DNA of 12,067 nucleotides from a virus (Duplodnaviria; Heunggongvirae; Uroviricota; Caudoviricetes): IMG/VR virus record IMGVR_UViG_638341196_000009; one strand, 5' to 3'. Shown piece by piece: positions 7,631 to 12,067 of this stretch (position 1 is its first letter; each line of letters starts with the position of its first letter). The notes under the pieces were generated by a model. It saw only the letters and a program-made list of their open reading frames with translations, ran no database searches and was not told where the DNA came from. The position numbers and the translations under genes were made by a program.

Positions 7631-7975
7631 TTACCGTAACAGGTGATAATCCATACCACAGGTCCTGGCTATTCTGTTGTACTCCTGAACAAGAGCAAAT
7701 AATTCTGAATTAGAAACCATGAACTCATCGCAAACCCTCTGAATAGCATCACTATTCAGAATAATAACGTCTCTTCCCGAAAGACGATCAGGAGTACAGA
7801 ACAAAACTGTCAAACGGCTGAAGGCCTTTGCTCGTGCTGCATTGACTATATCAATACGCTGCCTAAGGATGAAACACCCCGACGCCTCATCAATATGCAC
7901 TCTACCCACACCATATGAATGATAAATATTTAATGCTGAAAAAACCATTAGACCGTATAACAAACACTCAATCAA
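7631..7975 (-). CDS. hypothetical protein (orphan cargo ORF; start uncertain: TTG at 7973-7975 or ATG at 7946-7948)
   Basis: Open frame ending TAA at 7631-7633 (...RIARTCGMDYHLLR). No family recognised. AT-rich relative to neighbours. It is the first ORF downstream of the Q-pR'-tR'-tRNA block. Weak Shine-Dalgarno for either start. Confidence 0.45.
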   Translation of the reverse strand: MIECLLYGLMVFSALNIYHSYGVGRVHIDEASGCFILRQRIDIVNAARAKAFSRLTVLFCTPDRLSGRDVIILNSDAIQRVCDEFMVSNSELFALVQEYNRIARTCGMDYHLLR

Positions 7976-8085
7976 TACTTAACAGAACTTTTATTTTTGA
8001 CAAACATATAATATTTTCAACAATATCCTGAGCCAGGTATATTCCAGTATAAGGCTCTGCCGGAAGGAATCTGGAAGAATGAATA

Positions 8086-8162
8086 TGGCGCGCTGTACTG
8101 GATTCGAACCAGTGACCGATTGCTTAGAAGGCAATTGCTCTGTCCGGCTGAGCTAACAACGC
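8086..8162 (-). tRNA. tRNA-Arg (anticodon UCU, reads AGA)
   Basis: Reverse complement GCGTTGTTAGCTCAGCCGGACAGAGCAATTGCCTTCTAAGCAATCGGTCACTGGTTCGAATCCAGTACAGCGCGCCA folds by eye as a cloverleaf: 7-bp acceptor stem with one G-U pair, anticodon loop CTTCTAA, T-loop GGTTCGAATCC, encoded CCA. Not run through tRNAscan. Confidence 0.8.
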
Positions 8163-8262
8163 TGAATACCGATAATGGACCGCCATCGGGGACCCGCCCC
8201 CGCACCAACAACCCTGTTATCGTGTCGTCTGCTCTTCCTGATAAGCTAATGGCGGTTTGTGA

Positions 8263-8338
8263 TGGTGGCCCTTGCTGGATTTGAACCAGCGACCTGGCGA
8301 TTATGAGTCGCTCGCTCTCACCACTGAGCTAAAGGGCC
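8263..8338 (-). tRNA. tRNA with CAU anticodon, most likely tRNA-Ile2 (lysidine type, ileX/ileZ-like) rather than tRNA-Met
   Basis: Reverse complement GGCCCTTTAGCTCAGTGGTGAGAGCGAGCGACTCATAATCGCCAGGTCGCTGGTTCAAATCCAGCAAGGGCCACCA (76 nt). The anticodon stem-loop GCGACTCATAATCGC and acceptor stem resemble E. coli ileX as I recall it. Identity rests on similarity, not on a determinant analysis. Confidence 0.8.
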
Positions 8339-8374
8339 GGGAGCAGAATAATAACGGTCCGTAATTAATTCCGC

Positions 8375-8401
8375 AATAAAAAACCCGCTCGGCGGCGGGT
8401 T
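8375..8401 (-). terminator. tR'-like rho-independent terminator downstream of the late promoter
   Basis: On the minus strand: AACCCGC-CGCCGA-GCGGGTT hairpin followed by TTTTTTATT. It lies between the candidate pR' and the tRNA genes. Confidence 0.55.
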
Positions 8402-8448
8402 GTAGAAACTCTTCTAACGTCAGGCATAAAAAGCCCATCGTTATGACG

Positions 8449-8476
8449 AATTTACCACAGATTCCGGAAAAATCAA
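8449..8476 (-). promoter_or_regulatory. pR'-like late promoter (target of Q antitermination)
   Basis: On the minus strand: TTGATT (8471-8476), 16-bp spacer, TAAATT (8449-8454), immediately downstream of the Q stop codon. Lambda pR' has the same TAAATT -10 as I recall it. The predicted start is about 45-65 nt upstream of the tR'-like terminator. Confidence 0.5.
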
Positions 8477-8481
8477 CCTTG

Positions 8482-9303
8482 TTACCTAGTTACCTTTTTT
8501 AACTGCCGCTCAGCCCATGCTTCTTCAATATCAAACCGGGTCACCAGCGCATCATAGAATTTCTTAACTGTTTTTTCCCATGACGCGCGTGTTATCTGGT
8601 TTGTCACCTCGCATATAGCATTAAATACCTCCGTTGATGGTAGTCTTTCATAGCCACGACCACCACAACGCTGGCAGTCTCTGATAACAGGCATACCACG
8701 TTTTACCGACTCTTCACGGTGAATGGCGACACCACGCCCACGGCAATCCTTACAGGCGGTGGAAACCTCACCCTTTCCGCCACACTCCGGACAGGCAACT
8801 TTTACCACCTCCCTGACTTTTTTCCATTCTTCCCAGTAAGACGGATACACACCTTTCGTACACTTTGCCCATACCGGCGGCTTACCATCCGGATACTGGA
8901 CCTTGTTTGTAAAAACTACGCTTTCAATAAATTTTTCCCCATAGCAACAAGGGCACTGCTTTTTACTCGCTGCGCTGCGGGCATAATCCTCAAAAGCGTA
9001 CGAAGCCATAATGCGCATCACTACCGGTTTTATTTCTGCCGGAAGTTTTCTCAACGCCGCCACACGATCGCACCGACTGAGTGCATAATCTGCCAGTAAT
9101 TCTGTTGCCCGCGCCCTGTCATTCATACTGATGCCCATTTTCCCCAGGAACGCAGAAAACCCCATCTCAGCCCGATTCTGTGTCATGCCCTGCGCGGCCA
9201 TCACATCAGTGATACTCAGCGCATCTTTTGACGTTGAGGCCGATGCATCGGTCAGGCCAGGGGATTTTGGGGAGTAGTATTTCGGTAAATCTTCCAGTTT
9301 CAT
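8482..9303 (-). CDS. Q: phage antitermination protein Q, long form (QuuQ-like) with Cys-rich zinc-binding motifs
   Basis: 273-aa ORF, ATG at 9301-9303 overlapping the rusA stop (ATGA). MKLEDLPKYYSPKSP... with CPCC, CPEC...CKDC and CQRC clusters. Resembles K-12 QuuQ from memory. Sits immediately upstream of a pR'/tR'-like unit. Confidence 0.7.
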   Translation of the reverse strand: MKLEDLPKYYSPKSPGLTDASASTSKDALSITDVMAAQGMTQNRAEMGFSAFLGKMGISMNDRARATELLADYALSRCDRVAALRKLPAEIKPVVMRIMASYAFEDYARSAASKKQCPCCYGEKFIESVVFTNKVQYPDGKPPVWAKCTKGVYPSYWEEWKKVREVVKVACPECGGKGEVSTACKDCRGRGVAIHREESVKRGMPVIRDCQRCGGRGYERLPSTEVFNAICEVTNQITRASWEKTVKKFYDALVTRFDIEEAWAERQLKKVTR

Positions 9304-9674
9304 TTTTTGACCTGCTCTTCATGCATTATGGGGTAAATCTTCACCCCCATACGTCCACCAGATACTGGCTGACCACGAACGATATTGATTTCATCAAACT
9401 GCTCATCGTCCATTAACACTCCCGCATGCGTCAGCGCATCCAGCGGTGCTTTCAGGATATTGTCCAGGTCGCGACGACGCTTATCCGGTGGCTCTGCAAT
9501 CACCTTTATCGCCAGCCTTCCGGACAGGCTTAATTTCAGCCGCTGCTGGCGAACAATAAGCGCCACAGCCCGGCGATAACGCTTTCCCTCCTCCGAGATA
9601 AAATATGTGCTGCCACGGCGTCGCCAGTAAGTGTTCACCGTCGGCGGGTAAGGTAAAACCAAATCTATGAGCAT
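9300..9674 (-). CDS. rusA: RusA-family Holliday junction resolvase
   Basis: 124-aa ORF, ATG at 9672-9674 preceded by AAGAGGTGA. Conserved RusA blocks (PPTVNTYWRRRG, PDKRRRDLDNILKAPLDALTHAGVLMDDEQ) align with E. coli RusA as I recall it. Confidence 0.85.
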   Translation of the reverse strand: MLIDLVLPYPPTVNTYWRRRGSTYFISEEGKRYRRAVALIVRQQRLKLSLSGRLAIKVIAEPPDKRRRDLDNILKAPLDALTHAGVLMDDEQFDEINIVRGQPVSGGRMGVKIYPIMHEEQVKK

Positions 9675-9686
9675 CAGTCACCTCTT

Positions 9687-10736
9687 TTACCCAAGCACGC
9701 CAGTTGCAAAGGCGTGATCAAGAAAACGAAAAATTAAATCAACCTGAGAACCATGCTTTTCTTCGAACGCCAGCGGATCCGCATGAAGCTCGTTGTGATG
9801 CTCCCGACACAGCGGTAGCGTGAAAATATCGTGAGATTTTGTCCCCATTCCGCCCTGACCATGACCAATCAGGTGATGGGGATCGTCGGCTGGCTTACCA
9901 CAACACGCACACGGCTGTGTCTTCACCCAGCGTGTGTATTTCTCGTTAACCCAGCGGCGACGTTTAGGTCGTTTCATGAAAGATTCCGGAGACTCAGGAT
10001 CAACGGCAATGCTGACCACCGTCTTTTCCTGTGGTGGGTTCTGTTGCTGGTGGGCGTGAGGCAGCGGCGCAAGATTTTTTGTGCGCTGTTTCAGTATGCT
10101 GGTGGCGGTCTGCTCTCCCGGTACGATGTCGCTTTCACGGTACATTGAGCGGATTTTTTCCGCACGCAACCCAAGCGAACGACGTAATACCGCTTCCGGT
10201 AGCGCGTCCGCCACCTGATTGCGGACCGCCCACCAGGATAATTCAGCCAGAGATAATTCACGCTCCTGCGTACCGCTTATTGCGTGACCGATGACGTCAA
10301 TCATCCATGCTGACAGGTTTTGATGAGCAAGTTGCTCGAGTGATTCGGATGTCTGGTCACGCAGCTGGTTGTCGCAGTGCCAGCACAACACCATTGCGCC
10401 GGTACCATAACGGTGAATGACGGTTTCGCTGTGATGATAATCGCCGTGTGGCCACTGGCAGGATTTAATATGGCGCAACAGCCAGTCAGACAATGCACCA
10501 GCACCACCAGCAGCACGAATCACCCGTGCGTTACTGAAAAACGGCAGCAATGTTTTGTCTTCCACCAGCGGCTGGCGAGCGGCAGGAACGACCCCGGACG
10601 GCAGATTACGCATGCTTTTCGGTTCCGGCTCCACCAGTAACCGGGTATTGTGGAATACCGGCATGGATTCACGGCCCGGCTTAACGATCACCAGCCCGAG
10701 TTCCGGTACCAGAACAGGTCGAAGTAATACCCGCAC
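9687..10736 (-). CDS. DUF968-type prophage protein (YdfU-like) with C-terminal HNH-like Cys/His motif
   Basis: 349-aa ORF, GTG start at 10734-10736 five nt after GGAGG and 1 nt after the upstream ORF stop. C-terminal CACCGKPADDPHHLIGHGQGG...LCREHHNELH looks like an HNH/zinc-finger nuclease motif. Family name is recalled, not searched. Confidence 0.65.
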   Translation of the reverse strand: MRVLLRPVLVPELGLVIVKPGRESMPVFHNTRLLVEPEPKSMRNLPSGVVPAARQPLVEDKTLLPFFSNARVIRAAGGAGALSDWLLRHIKSCQWPHGDYHHSETVIHRYGTGAMVLCWHCDNQLRDQTSESLEQLAHQNLSAWMIDVIGHAISGTQERELSLAELSWWAVRNQVADALPEAVLRRSLGLRAEKIRSMYRESDIVPGEQTATSILKQRTKNLAPLPHAHQQQNPPQEKTVVSIAVDPESPESFMKRPKRRRWVNEKYTRWVKTQPCACCGKPADDPHHLIGHGQGGMGTKSHDIFTLPLCREHHNELHADPLAFEEKHGSQVDLIFRFLDHAFATGVLG

Positions 10737-10737
10737 G

Positions 10738-11016
10738 TTACCTCCAGATGCGTTGCTGGAATGTGCGGGACGGACGCGGTGGGCGTTCGGAGTAAGGCAA
10801 TCTGACTGAGATTATCCAGTGACGGTAGTCGAGGCTAAGGGCTTTTTTAACCTCGTATCCGCGCCTGCGGTAACACTGAATTATCCATTCAGCCTGCTCT
10901 TCAGTGCATGGTGGATGCTGGAACCAGTCCGATTTGAATGCATGAAAACGCCGTCCGCACCTGCTGGCAAAGACGGCAGAATCATCAGAATTGTGTAATT
11001 TGGTATCGTGCGCCAT
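10738..11016 (-). CDS. hypothetical nin-region protein (92 aa from the ATG; track version starts at TTG 11127)
   Basis: Open frame ending TAA at 10738-10740, translationally coupled to the DUF968 gene. First ATG in frame at 11014-11016 (MAHDTKLHNSDDSAVFASRCGRRFHAFKSDWFQHPPCTEEQAEWIIQCYRRRGYEV...). No family recognised. Confidence 0.4.
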   Translation of the reverse strand: MAHDTKLHNSDDSAVFASRCGRRFHAFKSDWFQHPPCTEEQAEWIIQCYRRRGYEVKKALSLDYRHWIISVRLPYSERPPRPSRTFQQRIWR

Positions 11017-11380
11017 CGGTTGTCTCTGCTGGCGCAGCAGGTGCCAGTTGTTCAGGCTGGCGTATAAAGTATAAATAAACTGGTTCCAGTGTAAAGCCCC
11101 TACATTAATGGAATAAAAGTCAAACAACAGATTGTTGGGATAAACACAACGCTTATTATTAAAAGCGATTAGATAAATTAAATTTTAATGTTATGCAATT
11201 TTACCAGATCACCATAACATCTCGTTTGAAACCACCGAAACAACAACCATATCAATATTGATTATGTTAAAGTGAGTAAATATGGAAAACAACAAATCTG
11301 CACATTACGCTCCTTTTTTATCTGTGATACTTTTTGTTTTATGCTGTGTGTGGGCATTATTTTTATAAAAATATTTACAG

Positions 11381-11406
11381 ATAAAATAAACCCGCCGAAG
11401 CGGGTT
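11381..11406 (-). terminator. rho-independent terminator at the 3' end of the hok transcript
   Basis: On the minus strand: AACCCGC-TTCG-GCGGGTT (UUCG tetraloop) followed by TATTTTAT, about 70 nt downstream of the hok stop. Confidence 0.5.
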
Positions 11407-11474
11407 AAGTGCGGGTGCATTGAGGATGCCTGACACATCAGAGGTGGCGAGGGATTTCTCCCTCGCCGGGTCTC

Positions 11475-11630
11475 TTACTCCTCAGGTTCGTAAACTGTGA
11501 AGACAGCGACCTCCGTCTGGCCGGTTCGGATTCGTACCTCGCAGAGGTCTTTCCTCGTTACCAGTGCCGTCACTATGACGGTTAAACAGATGACGATCAG
11601 GGCGATTAACATCGCCTTTTGCTGCTTCAT
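11475..11630 (-). CDS. hok: Hok-family type I toxin (HokD/RelF-like, 51 aa)
   Basis: Not in the ORF track (under 60 aa). Hand translation gives MKQQKAMLIALIVICLTVIVTALVTRKDLCEVRIRTGQTEVAVFTVYEPEE, essentially HokD/RelF of E. coli as I recall it. ATG at 11628-11630 with AAGGAG nine nt upstream, TAA at 11475-11477. Confidence 0.85.
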   Translation of the reverse strand: MKQQKAMLIALIVICLTVIVTALVTRKDLCEVRIRTGQTEVAVFTVYEPEE

Positions 11631-11686
11631 AGCCTGCTTCTCCTTGACCTTTCGGTCCGTAAGAGGCTAATCTCTATGTGTCGCAT
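11627..11686 (-). CDS. mok-like leader ORF (19 codons) whose stop overlaps the hok start (ATGA)
   Basis: ATG at 11684-11686. Translation MRHIEISLLRTERSRRSRL ends with TGA overlapping the hok ATG, the arrangement expected for translational coupling in hok/sok loci. Much shorter than R1 Mok, so uncertain. Confidence 0.3.
   Translation of the reverse strand: MRHIEISLLRTERSRRSRL
11644..11673 (+). promoter_or_regulatory. candidate Sok antisense RNA promoter
   Basis: On the plus strand: TTGACC (11644-11649), 18-bp spacer, TAATCT (11668-11673). A transcript starting near 11680 would be antisense to the mok-like start codon and the hok mRNA leader, as in canonical hok/sok. No clear terminator found. 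Confidence 0.3.
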
Positions 11687-12067
11687 AGATATGGCCTCAG
11701 ATTAATGTTAAACGTCTTGCAGGACGCGTAATGTTACCTGGGGCTTTTCTCTATCTGCCGTTGGTGTTCATGCCCGAGGCAGATAGCCTCAAGCACCCGC
11801 AGTCATTCTACTTAACTAAGATTTCCCCGCAAACCGTTTTTGTCCAGCACAATAAATATCCAACTAAACCAATGGAGTTCGCTGTATTTACCGCCAGTAT
11901 TCAATGCACATGACCGCCATGAACACCCCTAAAAAAAGGGCATTTATATATCCAAATATTAATATCAAAACATCAACTTTTTCCATATACCTTGCTGTGA
12001 AGATGATGGGCATACATGATACGAACAACCAGAACGCAACAAACAAAAACTGCAATGCGTTTTTCAT

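Noticed and set aside
8017..8211. 64-aa minus-strand ORF
   Set aside because: Overlaps the tRNA-Arg gene; the sequence is explained by the tRNA.
8163..8262. Possible third tRNA between the two tRNA genes, by analogy with ileZ-argN-argO
   Set aside because: No T-loop or acceptor-stem pattern found on either strand by eye.
8719..9099. 126-aa plus-strand ORF
   Set aside because: Antisense to the Q gene.
9831..10640. Several plus-strand ORFs (105, 87, 87 aa) and nested minus-strand ORFs inside 9687-10736
   Set aside because: All fall within the DUF968 gene on other frames or the opposite strand; no independent support.
11731..11913. 60-aa plus-strand ORF
   Set aside because: Lies in the hok mRNA leader/upstream region, antisense to the likely hok transcript, with no recognisable family.
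11888..12067. 59-codon hydrophobic minus-strand ORF starting at the last three bases of the window
   Set aside because: The start codon is at the window edge so the ribosome-binding site and true N-terminus are not visible; composition is typical of AT-rich non-coding DNA. Left undetermined.

Overview
This window reads as the late arm of a defective lambdoid (Qin-like) enterobacterial prophage; every credible gene is on the minus strand, so transcription runs from high to low coordinates. From high to low coordinate it contains: a hok/sok-type type I toxin locus (hok is under the 60-aa cut-off of the ORF track); a nin-like block (92-aa ORF, DUF968/YdfU-like protein with an HNH-like Cys/His motif, RusA resolvase); a long-form Q antiterminator; a pR'-like promoter and tR'-like terminator; two tRNAs (Ile2-CAU, Arg-UCU); a cargo region with a 114-aa orphan ORF, a ~500-bp ORF-poor spacer carrying a 21-bp perfect dyad, and a two-gene cassette (own promoter and terminator) encoding paralogous lipoproteins whose C-termini resemble TolA domain III; then a phage-21-type lysis cassette (pinholin, DUF1327 protein, SAR endolysin, Rz/Rz1). 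Directly after Rz, a complete 1331-bp IS2 sits between a 57-codon HNH-endonuclease stub and a 5'-truncated side tail fibre gene, with no target-site duplication, which indicates an IS2-associated deletion of the packaging/head/tail module. An intact tail fibre assembly gene closes the window. The most likely novel element is the TolA-domain-III lipoprotein cassette. All calls come from hand translation and recall of protein families; no database search, tRNA scan or folding was run. The ORF track uses alternative start codons written as M, so several track starts are GTG/TTG and were re-evaluated.
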